DNA of 64,000 bases from Candidatus Binatia bacterium (GCA_041496545.1 JBGQET010000004.1:19293-83292); one strand, 5' to 3'; positions 29,169-38,683 are shown, numbered from the stretch's first letter. Program-made: numbers and translations. The notes: generated by a model not told the origin, from the letters alone.

Positions 29169-29320
29169 GTCTTTGCGTCGCACCAGCGCCGTATGGGATC
29201 AACGAAAATGGCGCGGCCGCATCGAACATTGCCATAGGTATCCGACGACTATGTAGCGTTTGCACCGTGCGGTCCCTCGCCTCGCACGACGTAGGGCAAC
29301 TCGTCGTCCTCAGCCCCGAC

Positions 29321-29362
29321 GGATAGGAACGACAACGCTGCAAAGTTCACGGAACGCCTCTC
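29321..29362 (+). repeat. repeat family copy C (5' half only)
   Basis: GGATAGGAACGACAACGCTGCAAAGTTCACGGAACGCCTCT matches the 5' half of copies B and D. Confidence 0.7.
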
Positions 29363-29412
29363 GAGCGGGGCGGGATTCTTGGCACGAGTGACGGGGGCCA
29401 GTATGCAGCGGC

Positions 29413-30582
29413 TTAGTACAGGAACATCGGCTTGCCGAGCATATCGCGCACTTTGGGGCGGTAGGTTTCGGCGTCGTAGAGGGCGGTCACGTCCACGCGC
29501 TTCTTGGTGGCGACGACCAGATCGAGGGGCACGGTGGTGTAAATGCCCTGCTGGAGGGCCACCATGCGCCCCGTGTGTCCGATGGCAACTTGGTCGAGGG
29601 CCAGGTTGCCGTAGGAGACGGCCACCATCCGGTCGAGGGAATCCGGCGCGCCGGAACGCATGATGTAGGCCAGTTGTTGATACATGATGTTGACGCCGGT
29701 GCGCTTCTTGATTTCCTCGGCGACGATGGCGCCCATGCCCCCCAGTTTTTTGTGACCGTAGGCGTCCGCCTCCCCCGTCTCGAAGACCGTCCCCCCTTTG
29801 GGATGCGCGCCTTCCGAAACGGTCATGATGGCGTAGTCCGAGGGGTTGCGCTCCCGGTCCTCCACCAGGAATTTCGCCAGGCGGTCAATGTCAAAGGGCA
29901 CCTCCGAGATGATGGCCCGGTCCACATCGGCCAGGTAAGCGGCAAACAGCGAGGTTTCGCCGGAGTTGCGACCAAACAGTTCGATCACGCCGATCCGCTC
30001 GTGCGAGCCGACCGAGGACCGGATCGCGGTGATGGCATCCACCGAGCGGGTGACAGCGGTGGAGAAGCCGATGCAGTAGTCGGTGCCAAAGACGTCGTTG
30101 TCCATCGTCTTGGGGATACCCACGACCCGGACACCCTCGTGATGGAGGCGGGCGGCATAACTCAACGTGTCGTCGCCGCCGATGGGGATGATTGCCTCCA
30201 GGCCCAGAAAGTCCAACACGCGCAGGACGTGGCGGGTGCAATCCACGGCACCGTCGGGCGTGGCGACCCGGTCCTCGGCACGGACGCATGCGGGCACCTC
30301 GTCGGGTTTGACCTTGGCCGGATTGATGCGCGAGGTGTGCAGGATGGTGCCCCCGGTCCGGTCAATGGTACGCACGGAGTCGTGCGTGAGGGGCATGGTC
30401 CACTCCTCCCGCGTTTCCGGGTCGTCCGGGTTGATCTGCACCACGCTCAACCAGCCTCGCCGCAGGCCAACCACCTCAATGTCGCCGTCCTCGGCACGGC
30501 TCGCCACGGCTTTGATCGCGACGTTCAGACCAGGAACATCTCCGCCCCCGGTCAGGATACCAATGCGCCGCTTTACGGTCAT
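29413..30582 (-). CDS. pfkA: 6-phosphofructokinase, pyrophosphate-dependent signature (GGDD ... PKTMDND)
   Basis: [25 protein letters not shown] (Asp in place of the second Gly of the ATP-PFK GGDGS motif), [10 protein letters not shown] (Lys typical of PPi-PFK). RBS AGAGGG 8 nt upstream of ATG 30582. Codon usage and GC (about 60%) are atypical for the window. Confidence 0.85.
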   Translation of the reverse strand: MTVKRRIGILTGGGDVPGLNVAIKAVASRAEDGDIEVVGLRRGWLSVVQINPDDPETREEWTMPLTHDSVRTIDRTGGTILHTSRINPAKVKPDEVPACVRAEDRVATPDGAVDCTRHVLRVLDFLGLEAIIPIGGDDTLSYAARLHHEGVRVVGIPKTMDNDVFGTDYCIGFSTAVTRSVDAITAIRSSVGSHERIGVIELFGRNSGETSLFAAYLADVDRAIISEVPFDIDRLAKFLVEDRERNPSDYAIMTVSEGAHPKGGTVFETGEADAYGHKKLGGMGAIVAEEIKKRTGVNIMYQQLAYIMRSGAPDSLDRMVAVSYGNLALDQVAIGHTGRMVALQQGIYTTVPLDLVVATKKRVDVTALYDAETYRPKVRDMLGKPMFLY

Positions 30583-30713
30583 AGGAACTACCCTCTTTCG
30601 CATTTGTGGTACAATCGCAATCTGCACCGAAAAGGGAAGCAACGCGCGTGGCCTTCGAGCCTGACTGGCGACTCGTTCGAGATCGCGTGAATACCAACGG
30701 CTGGAGGTGCGGG

Positions 30714-31067
30714 GTGAAGGTGTACGCCTTCGACGTAGATCACACGTTGGAGTTGTCGGCCGGGCCCGTTCGCTTCGCCGACGTGGTCAAGCTCCGCGAG
30801 GACGGCCACATCCTTGGCATCTGCGGCAACTGGGGCGCCGTCACGCGCTTCGTCGGGGGCTGGCACAACCTCTTCTCGTTCATCGGGCCGATCGGATCGA
30901 CCAAGGCCGACATGCTTGTGCAGCTGGTGACGTACATCCCGGCCGAGGAGCACATCATGGTCGGCAACGACCCCAGCGTCTTCGGGCAGTCCGCAGACTC
31001 GGATGCCGCCGCGCAGGCGGGATGGCGTTTCATTCGCGAGGAGGCCTTTGCCGGGGGCGCCCGGTGA
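30714..31067 (+). CDS. small HAD-superfamily hydrolase-like protein
   Basis: GTG 30714 is preceded by GGAGGTG. N-terminus [13 protein letters not shown] carries HAD motif I DxDxT. Only about 117 aa, so it may be a truncated HAD. Confidence 0.45.
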   Translation: MKVYAFDVDHTLELSAGPVRFADVVKLREDGHILGICGNWGAVTRFVGGWHNLFSFIGPIGSTKADMLVQLVTYIPAEEHIMVGNDPSVFGQSADSDAAAQAGWRFIREEAFAGGAR

Positions 31068-31333
31068 TCGTGTGCGGGGAGCTTCCGGCTGACGCTGACG
31101 AAGCTGGTCTGGCATCGTAGCCCCGCGGAGGCGGTCACTCGACTATTTCGGGGTGTTTGTCCACCGTCTGGGTTGGTGGTCGCGGCGTTGAAGGGTGCCG
31201 ACTGGACTCTCTCGCCAAGGCCGAGGTCCGCCTCGGAACGCCTCGCGGTCGGGATCGTCTACACGCGCTTCGGGGATGCGGTCGCGTGGCTCGTTGTGGT
31301 GCTGGGCGGCAGTGCTGGTCCTGGGAACGCGCC

Positions 31334-31768
31334 TCAGCCACCGCTCGTGATGTAATTCTCGAGCTGCGAGATGTGGAATTCCTTCTCCGAGATTACCGCC
31401 TTCACCACGTCTCCGATCGAGAGGATGCCCGCCAGCTTGCCTTCTTCGAGCACGGGAAGGTGCCGGCAGCGCTTGGCGGTCATGAGCGCCATGCATTCCT
31501 CGATGTTCTGCTCCGGTCGGACGAACACGACGCGAGAGGTCATGACCTCGTGGACCGGCGTGCCCTTCGACGTCTTGCCCTTGAGGGTCACTTGGCGGGC
31601 GTAATCACGCTCCGAGAAAATCCCGACCGGCCGCTCCCCCTCGAGTACGAGCACCGCGCCGATGTTTTTCTCGGCCATCAGCTTGAGTGCGTCGTACACG
31701 GTGGTCTCGGGCCTGACTGAGGAGATGTCGCTCCCCTTCGTTTTGAGTACGTCTCGCACAGTCTTCAT
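31334..31768 (-). CDS. CBS domain pair protein
   Basis: Two CBS repeats (AVLVLEGERPVGIFSERD; HLPVLEEGKLAGILSIGD). RBS AGGAAGGGG upstream of ATG 31768. Confidence 0.75.
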   Translation of the reverse strand: MKTVRDVLKTKGSDISSVRPETTVYDALKLMAEKNIGAVLVLEGERPVGIFSERDYARQVTLKGKTSKGTPVHEVMTSRVVFVRPEQNIEECMALMTAKRCRHLPVLEEGKLAGILSIGDVVKAVISEKEFHISQLENYITSGG

Positions 31769-32055
31769 AGCCCCTTCCTTTCGCGAACTGGCGCCCGTTC
31801 TTTGCGGTGCGTTGGTCGGTGATGACCTCGGCGGCCTGTTCCGTCATGCCGGGGGCGGCACTAGCCGCGTCCATCGTCGGATCCGGGCGTGCACCGCCTC
31901 CACGGTTGCGCAGAGGTGGGCGACCAGGCGGTCGAACATGGCCGCACGTCTTCACCACCGCTCGCTCCGCCGTCAACCCTGCGGCGACGGGGGTGGGCGG
32001 GGCGAGAATCTCTCGCGATTCCAGCGGGGACGGGCGAAGTAGCCAGTATGGGCAG

Positions 32056-32409
32056 TTACTTCACGCTCTGGACGACGATGCCGTTGAGGCCGTCCTGAGT
32101 GACCTTGTTGCCCTCGACGGTGATTGTGTCGGCAACCTTCGACAGCACATCGGCGTAGGCCTTCGGGTTGTCATGGTCCCCGAGGAGTAGGAACAGGTGG
32201 TTGTCCTCGGTGAGGAGACCCACCGGGGCCCCGTTCTTCGCACACGTCTGCGCGCACTTCCGGTGGCCCGAGCCGTGACCCGTCTCCGGATGCGCCAGGT
32301 AGCAGGTGAGGTCCACGACCTCTCCCTTCACCGCCACCGCGTCTGCGGCACACGCCACGCTGCCCGTGGCCAGCACGCCGAGCATCCCGAGCATCAGCAG
32401 CGTTTTCAT
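32056..32409 (-). CDS. secreted hypothetical protein
   Basis: Signal peptide MKTLLMLGMLGVLATGSVACAAD from ATG 32409. The listed longer ORF start lacks support. Confidence 0.5.
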   Translation of the reverse strand: MKTLLMLGMLGVLATGSVACAADAVAVKGEVVDLTCYLAHPETGHGSGHRKCAQTCAKNGAPVGLLTEDNHLFLLLGDHDNPKAYADVLSKVADTITVEGNKVTQDGLNGIVVQSVK

Positions 32410-32579
32410 GCGTTTCCCATACCGGCCATCCGTGAAACAGTCAAAAGGGGGATCACCTCTCGGTGGGTCGACGAAGGCAACTAACGGACGGCGACGTCGC
32501 AGGAGGAGGCGGCGAGGTCCGGGTCGGCCACCAGGATCGAAGACTCGCAAACGCTGAGGGCGGGCACGTGAGTGCAGCG

Positions 32580-33128
32580 TCAGGACGGCGGAACGACTGA
32601 TTCGGCGAGACCCGTGGCAAAGGCGTCCATCATGCTAAGGAACGCCGACCGTTGGCGCTCGGGCACTCGATGATAGAGCCGGATGAGATGCCCGAACGCC
32701 GCATCGCGTGCGACCTCCACCCGCTCGACGTCGATGCTCGCCGCGCCATGACGTCCGCGGACCAAGTGAGGCGGCGGCGAGAAATGCTCCATGAACTCGA
32801 GAAACCGTCGAACCTCCTCCGCGAGCGAGTCTGGATCAAACGTGCGGAGCGCGGCCGCCAAGGCGCTCCCAACCTTCACGAGAACCAGGAACGGGGTGGC
32901 GAGACCTCGTCCTGATTCGAGCCGGCTGATGGCTCCCTGGCTCACGCCGGAGCGTTGCGCGAGCTCTTGCTGGGAAAGTCCGAGGAACTCGCGCAAGCCG
33001 CGCGCATGGCGACCGACCCGTCCCATCCACTGGCGCCACTCGGATTCTTCGGATGGCGTGCCTGCGTTGGGTTGGAGATCCCGGGCGGACGGTTCCATTG
33101 TCGCCTCCAAATACTGCTTGCGAGGCAT
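32580..33128 (-). CDS. XRE-family helix-turn-helix transcriptional regulator
   Basis: HTH_XRE motif LREFLGLSQQELAQRSGVSQGAISRLESG; the C-terminal domain is unknown. Confidence 0.7.
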   Translation of the reverse strand: MPRKQYLEATMEPSARDLQPNAGTPSEESEWRQWMGRVGRHARGLREFLGLSQQELAQRSGVSQGAISRLESGRGLATPFLVLVKVGSALAAALRTFDPDSLAEEVRRFLEFMEHFSPPPHLVRGRHGAASIDVERVEVARDAAFGHLIRLYHRVPERQRSAFLSMMDAFATGLAESVVPPS

Positions 33129-33333
33129 AAGGCCGGCGGGCCGTGACCGTCAAGACACAGCGTGCCGATGGTGCGACGTGTCCGACCCGGGGGGGCGTCG
33201 CTGGGCTAGACGAGTCCCTGAAGCGGCCTCAAGGGTCGCGGGAGCCGCCACGATACACAGCCGGGGGCAGCCGACCAGGGCGCTCGATTCGGCTTGCTCA
33301 GCGTGTGCGTCGCGCTGCGGCTCACCGCCGTCA

Positions 33334-34203
33334 CTACCCCGCCCATCGGCTCGTGGTCTCCGGCAACGGCCCCACCCGCCACCCGATCCGACATCCCCGC
33401 GCCACCAGCTCCACCCGGATCTCCCGCACCACCCCGCGGTACCGAAACCACGGAATCGTCGTCCACAGATGATGCACCAGGTGCTGGTTCTGCCCCAGCA
33501 GCGCCGCGTTCAGCACCGCCCCGCCGTAGATCCGCGTGTCGTAGTACCGCGCCGTCGTGTCGTACGGGTAGTGCGGCAGGAAGTCGAAGGCGAAGCCAAG
33601 GAAGAGCACCGCGAGCAGCGCCGGCCCGAGCCACAGCACGCACAGCGCCTGCCCGAGGCCCGCGGCGATCGCCGCCACGATCAGCGCGCCGAGCGTTGCG
33701 TCGTATACGATCGACTCCCACCGATCGCGTGGCGACCGCCAGAGCCGCCGCCCGTAGAAGTGCCACCGGTATGCCACCACGATGCCGACGCTCCAGAGCG
33801 GCAGCAGCCAGCGCGGCCGCCGTGCGACGACGTGGTCCGGGTCGCGCGCTGGGTCGTTCGTGTGCGAGTGGTGCTCGTAGTGCACGGCGCGGAAGAGCGG
33901 CAGCGAGATCGTCAGCAGCGCGCCCGCCACGCGGCCGATCCACTCGTTGGCGACGTCGCGACGGTGCGCGATGCCGTGCATGGACTCGTGCAGCGGCGTG
34001 AAGACGACGTAGAGCGCCACCGCGTGGAGTGCCACGATCGCCCCCGTGGGGAGCCGTCCGCCCGCGTACGCCCACGTCCCCACCGTGAGCGTCGCCAGTG
34101 ACGCCCCGAACAGCCAGAGCGTCGGGTTGACGAGCGTGCCGGCCGGTGCGCCGATCCACTCCCGCCGGACCGGGATGCGCGGGGATGCCGCGGCGGTGCT
34201 CAT
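33334..34203 (-). CDS. membrane fatty acid desaturase / hydroxylase family protein (three His boxes)
   Basis: ATG 34203. Histidine boxes HESMH, HYEHHSH and HLVHH separated by TM helices. The 958-aa listed ORF is an upstream-extended artefact. Confidence 0.75.
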   Translation of the reverse strand: MSTAAASPRIPVRREWIGAPAGTLVNPTLWLFGASLATLTVGTWAYAGGRLPTGAIVALHAVALYVVFTPLHESMHGIAHRRDVANEWIGRVAGALLTISLPLFRAVHYEHHSHTNDPARDPDHVVARRPRWLLPLWSVGIVVAYRWHFYGRRLWRSPRDRWESIVYDATLGALIVAAIAAGLGQALCVLWLGPALLAVLFLGFAFDFLPHYPYDTTARYYDTRIYGGAVLNAALLGQNQHLVHHLWTTIPWFRYRGVVREIRVELVARGCRIGWRVGPLPETTSRWAG

Positions 34204-34301
34204 GGCGTGGCCGTCCCTACTGCGCGCCGAGGGCCGGCTCAAGCGCACCTGGCCCCAGGGCCACCGCCGGTAGTCTGGATAGTCCTGCGAAGTGGGGAGC
34301 G

Positions 34302-36086
34302 TCAGGCGGCTTCGCCGGCGCGGCGGAGGTCGGGCTCGTCGGCCCCCGAGTCGAGCGGCACCATGACGTCGAAGGCAGAGCCGCGCCCCGGGGCGCTGTC
34401 GAGCCGGATCGATCCGCCGAGCTGCTGCACGAAGCGCCGGACGATGTAGAGCCCGAGGCCGGTGCCGCCGTAGCGGCGGGCGTCCGAGCCATCGGCCTGG
34501 CGGAACATCTCGAAGATCGTCTCGTGGTTCTCCGGCCGGATCCCGATCCCGGTGTCGGAGACGCGGATGCAGAGCCGACCGTCGGCCGCGCGAGCGGCGG
34601 CTCGGACCTCCCCCTGCTCCGTGAACTTGAGCGCGTTGCTCACCAGGTTGCGGACGATGACGGTGAGCTTCCGCGGGTCGCTGCGAAGCGCGACCGGAGG
34701 CCGCGCCTCGTCCCAGACGAGCTCGACGCCGGGACGCCGCGGCATCCGGTGGCACGACGTCCCGAGCTCCGCCCAGAGCTCGGTGAGCCCGACGCGCTCG
34801 AGCTGCACCTCGTCGCGGCCCGCCTCCATCTTGCCGATCTCGAGCGTCGTCTCGATCAGCGTGAGCAGCTCGCGCCCCGCGCCTTCGACGCGGCGGACGA
34901 ACTCGGCCCGCTGCTCCGGGGCGAGCGCCGGGTCCTGCGCCATCTCGGAGAAGCCGATGATGACGTTGAGCGGCGTCCGCAGCTCGTGCGAGACGGTGGA
35001 CACGAACTGCGACTTCGCCTGGTTCGCCGAGCGGAGGTCCGCCACCAGCTGCGCGGTGCGAATGGCGAGTGCCGCTTGGTCGGCGATGAACCGCGCGAGC
35101 GCGCGGTCCGCGGCCGTGAACGGTCCGTCGTGCTTCCGCGTGAAGTTGGCGATGCCGACCACGTCGGCGCCATGGACGAGCGCGACGTAGAGCACGCGGC
35201 GGCCGCCCAGCTCCTCCACCACCTTCCCGATCGGGCTCGCCGGATCGTCGTCGGGCAGGACGAGGATTCCCTCCGAGACGATGCGAGCCGCGAGCGGGTA
35301 GTCCGCGGGCGCCTCGCAGCCGACGCTCCAGCGCGCGGTCGGGGAGACGCTGCCCACGACCGCGGCCACCCGGTAGACGCGGCGGGACGCGTCGTGGAGC
35401 GCGAGCACGCCCGAGTCGGCCGCCATGAGCCGGAGGCCGTGCTCCAGCACCTTCGCGATCACCCATTCGCCCTCGACCCGCTCCGCGAGCCGCCGCGCGA
35501 GCGACACGAGCTGCTCCTGCTGCCAGCCGTGCTCGAAGGAGACCATGCGGTAGCGGTCGATGAGCCGCGCGCCCACGATGGCGACGGGGACGGCGCTCAG
35601 GACGAGGGCCAGGGCGCTGAAACTGATGAACTCGGGCGCGATGACGAGCGTCACCATGTAGCCGCAGACCGCCAGGAGGCTGCTCACCGCCTGCGGGACA
35701 GCCCCCCAGGGGAGGAGCAACGTCGTCCCCATCATGAGCGCCACGAAGCTCGCCGGCGCGGCCGCCCGGTCGCCGACTCCTCGGCCGTAGTCGAGCGTCA
35801 TGGCGAGGGTCAACAGGAACACGTACGCGAGGGCGAGCGACCTCGCCCGACCGCGCCCGAGCGCGGTGTTGGTGAGCGCCCAGGTCGCGAGACCGAGGGC
35901 GGTACCGGCGGCGATGAGCTCGACCGGCGGCGCGACACCCGGCGGGCGCACCGCGTCGACGACGCTCAGGATGCCGAGCCCGCCCAAGCTGAGCGCCACG
36001 CACCAACGCAGGCGCCCGAGGACGAGCGCGTCGCGCTCCGCCCGGAAGATGGGCACCCACGCGCCAACCGCCCCACGCCGAGGCAT
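34302..36086 (-). CDS. membrane sensor histidine kinase with GAF domain
   Basis: N-terminal TM helices, GAF-like region, HisKA (SHELRTPLN), HATPase_c (NALKF, DTGIGI, GTGLGLYI). Start uncertain (36086 or 36164). Confidence 0.75.
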   Translation of the reverse strand: MPRRGAVGAWVPIFRAERDALVLGRLRWCVALSLGGLGILSVVDAVRPPGVAPPVELIAAGTALGLATWALTNTALGRGRARSLALAYVFLLTLAMTLDYGRGVGDRAAAPASFVALMMGTTLLLPWGAVPQAVSSLLAVCGYMVTLVIAPEFISFSALALVLSAVPVAIVGARLIDRYRMVSFEHGWQQEQLVSLARRLAERVEGEWVIAKVLEHGLRLMAADSGVLALHDASRRVYRVAAVVGSVSPTARWSVGCEAPADYPLAARIVSEGILVLPDDDPASPIGKVVEELGGRRVLYVALVHGADVVGIANFTRKHDGPFTAADRALARFIADQAALAIRTAQLVADLRSANQAKSQFVSTVSHELRTPLNVIIGFSEMAQDPALAPEQRAEFVRRVEGAGRELLTLIETTLEIGKMEAGRDEVQLERVGLTELWAELGTSCHRMPRRPGVELVWDEARPPVALRSDPRKLTVIVRNLVSNALKFTEQGEVRAAARAADGRLCIRVSDTGIGIRPENHETIFEMFRQADGSDARRYGGTGLGLYIVRRFVQQLGGSIRLDSAPGRGSAFDVMVPLDSGADEPDLRRAGEAA

Positions 36087-36223
36087 TTCCAGCCAACAGC
36101 GGAGCAACGGCCGTGCCACGGCCGCTACCCCGCCCCGGCGTCGCTGGGATGCAGGCGGACACACACGCCCGGTGGCGCATGTGCCACGCGCGGCACGCTG
36201 GATCTGTCAACGGCGCGGTAAGC

Positions 36224-36322
36224 GGATAGGAACGACAACGCTGCAGAGTTCACGGAACGCCTCTATATCCGACATTCCGGACTCCCTCGCCGCCCTCGCC
36301 CCTCACGCCCCGGCTTGCGCGG
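36224..36322 (+). repeat. repeat family copy D (full length, 99 nt)
   Basis: GGATAGGAACGACAACGCTGCAGAGTTCACGGAACGCCTCTATATCCGACATTCCGGACTCCCTCGCCGCCCTCGCCCCTCACGCCCCGGCTTGCGCGG. Confidence 0.8.
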
Positions 36323-36578
36323 CCGATCGAGGCGAAGTCCGAGACCGCTGCCACGCCGATGATCCGGGGCTTTGCGCCCGATGGTCATGAGATTGGCGGT
36401 ACACTCTGCCCCGGCGCGTGGGTGCCGATCGGCAAGTAGTCGCGCCGCTCACGGGTCGTCGTCGAACAGCTCGCGCGTCGAGACGCAGGGTCGCGTCGTC
36501 ACGCCAGGCGACGACGGCCGGCCGCGGGTCGGGTGTGGGCGGAGACGCCGCGCGCGCAAGGTACGCGAGCGATCGGAA

Positions 36579-36628
36579 TGCCGGGAGGGAGGCTCGAACT
36601 CCCACGGGCTTTCGGCCAGCGGATTTTA
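36579..36628 (-). repeat. duplicated 3' half of tRNA-Leu (pseudo-tRNA / att-like direct repeat)
   Basis: 46/50 nt identical to 38600..38649, from the discriminator through T-arm and variable arm to the anticodon loop. Identity stops exactly at the tRNA 3' end and in the anticodon loop. Confidence 0.7.
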
Positions 36629-36994
36629 GAGCACGACGACGCGGCTCAGGGGTCCACCAGCGCTGCATGGCCGGCTTCCCAAGCACTGGCGACACGTAAT
36701 CGCTGGGCTCACACAGTCCGACTGATTGCAGGTAGAGCCACTGACAATCTGCGCCGTGCAGGTATTCGGAGGGCCCTTTTTGCACCATTTCCTCGGCAAA
36801 CAGTCGTTGTCGACGATGCAGGGGGTTGATGTCTGAGGGGTCTCGGCACTGGGGACCTCCGTCCGGAAGCGGCGATTGCCTTGTGTAGCACTTCGTGGAA
36901 CCGACCATCAACGATCGTTGGGGGCGTTCCGGCTTGACGCCCAGGCGAAGGCCGTCGTAGCCGTCACCTGTCGTCCTACGGCAGGAGGTCAGCC

Positions 36995-37750
36995 ATGCGT
37001 TCACTCGTCAGCCTGATGATCGTCGCCCTTGGGCTTCCTACGCAGGCGGCAGTACTGTGCGTTAGCCGCATGGGCGCGGTCCATGTCCGAGATGCGTGTC
37101 GCTCGCGTGAGACGCCAGCCAACCCGGCCACGCTCGGGCTTCAGGGGCCGCCAGGACCGCCGGGCCCCGGGCTTACGGTGAAGGACGCCAATGGTGTGCT
37201 CGTCGGGACGGTCGTGGAGGAGGCGCACGCCGGAGACGTCGATGTCCGCACCTCCGCTGTCGGCGACATACTTGGCGTCTCGCAGATCACTCCAACGCCT
37301 TTCATCCACCTTATGCAGGTGGCGCGCGTCGTGAACGGCACGGCGCTTCGTTTCACGGTGAGCCCGGCGGGATTCGTGAACACTGGACCCGAGTTGGGCT
37401 ACATCGTCGCGTTCGACGGCCCGTCCTGCACCGGGCAGGCGTACTTTGACGTCGGGTCACCTGGATCGTCGCTTACCATCCCGAGGTTTCTGGAGTCGGC
37501 GTGGATCAACGGCACGACGCTTTACTACCGTCCCCATGGGCCGGCCTCAACGGCGGCGATGCAGCGGTCGATCCTGACATTCCCGGTAGACGCTTCCCAG
37601 TCGTGCCCATTCGGCACAACGGATTTCATCGCCCCCGCGGGCCGGTGCTGTACGGATGGATCAACCTACGCCATCGAGGGCGTGTCGCTAACGGTGCTCG
37701 ACATCGCGTCGCTCGGCCTCGTTCCGCCGTTTCACGTCGAGACGCCGTAG
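36995..37750 (+). CDS. secreted protein with short collagen-like GPPGPPGPG triplet region (family also at 24310..24984)
   Basis: Strong RBS GGAGGTCAGCC before ATG 36995. Signal peptide MRSLVSLMIVALGLPTQAAVL and conserved C-terminal AGRCCTDGSTYAIEG...LVPPFHVETP. Lower GC. Confidence 0.65.
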   Translation: MRSLVSLMIVALGLPTQAAVLCVSRMGAVHVRDACRSRETPANPATLGLQGPPGPPGPGLTVKDANGVLVGTVVEEAHAGDVDVRTSAVGDILGVSQITPTPFIHLMQVARVVNGTALRFTVSPAGFVNTGPELGYIVAFDGPSCTGQAYFDVGSPGSSLTIPRFLESAWINGTTLYYRPHGPASTAAMQRSILTFPVDASQSCPFGTTDFIAPAGRCCTDGSTYAIEGVSLTVLDIASLGLVPPFHVETP

Positions 37751-38047
37751 CGCCCGCCGCTACTCGGGCTCCTTGTCAAGTGCGCAATCGTCTTCTTCGC
37801 GGCGTAGAGCCCGCTCTTCCGGTACGCCCGGTAGGCCCTGCGCGCCTTCGGCGGCGAAGAAGCGGGCATCATGGCGTGGTCAGAACGCGGTCGGCCGGCG
37901 AGAACTGCCGCGACGCCGCGGGGTTGGAGGCGCACAACGGATTGGTACACCGCGGGAAGCGCGCGCCGGCGCCGCACTTTGTGACGCCATGAACTCGGCG
38001 CGCGCGTCCCCGGCCCGCGTGCCGCGTGGGTTCGCGCCAGACAATAC

Positions 38048-38374
38048 TCATATGTCGCAATCGTCCGGTGCGAGGCAGACAAGCAGCACACGCGCTCCGA
38101 GCAGGCTGAATGCCGGTTCGAGCCGCCGCGGTACCAGCGATCTACCTTGAGGAACGATGCTCGGCTGGAGCGTGACGGTCACGTCGGCAACGGTCGGGTC
38201 CGAGCAAAGCTGGATATCGGGCCGCCTCACACCGTGACCGACGAGACAGAGCGGGAACGTGCAGGTGGCGGAGCACCGGTCGATCCTGACCACGAGTCTC
38301 TTTGGCTTGGCGACGATAGGCGAGGCGACAAGGGTGAAAGCAACCGTTAGAGCGGCGGCTACCAACGTTTTCAT
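38048..38374 (-). CDS. small secreted Cys-containing hypothetical protein
   Basis: GGGGAGG RBS before ATG 38374. Signal peptide MKTLVAAALTVAFTLVASPIVA. Confidence 0.55.
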   Translation of the reverse strand: MKTLVAAALTVAFTLVASPIVAKPKRLVVRIDRCSATCTFPLCLVGHGVRRPDIQLCSDPTVADVTVTLQPSIVPQGRSLVPRRLEPAFSLLGARVLLVCLAPDDCDI

Positions 38375-38599
38375 GGAGAACCTCCCCGTCTGGGGCTACT
38401 AGGTCGCCCGGCAACTTACCACGACTGCTCGGCACGACCACGAGCGTCGTGGTTGCCGAGCCATGGACGACGCGTGCGCGTTTCTCCGGTCCACTGTGGG
38501 CACAGGCCCAATTCGTTTGGGGACACTTTGGGGACAATCGAGCCGTGCGGAGGGGGAGGGAAGGGCGAGCGGACTGGCTAACTAGTTGAACTCGCTGAG

Positions 38600-38683
38600 T
38601 GCCGGGAGGGAGGATCGAACTCCCACGGGCTTTCACCCAGCGGATTTTAAGTCCGCCGCGTCTGCCAGTTCCGCCATCCCGGC
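38600..38683 (-). tRNA. tRNA-Leu (anticodon TAA)
   Basis: GCCGGGATGGCGGAACTGGCAGACGCGGCGGACTTAAAATCCGCTGGGTGAAAGCCCGTGGGAGTTCGATCCTCCCTCCCGGCA on the minus strand. Long variable arm typical of Leu. Confidence 0.85.

Noticed and set aside
29575-30690. 371-aa plus-strand ORF
   Set aside because: Antisense of the PFK gene; no motifs.
34204-36210. Upstream extension of the 958-aa ORF 33334..36210
   Set aside because: The real genes are the desaturase (33334..34203) and the GAF kinase (34302..36086) in different frames. The 958-aa fusion is an artefact of missing stops.
36303-37004. 233-aa minus-strand ORF between repeat D and the 36995 gene
   Set aside because: Low GC3, no RBS or motif. The region contains the pseudo-tRNA scar and looks non-coding.
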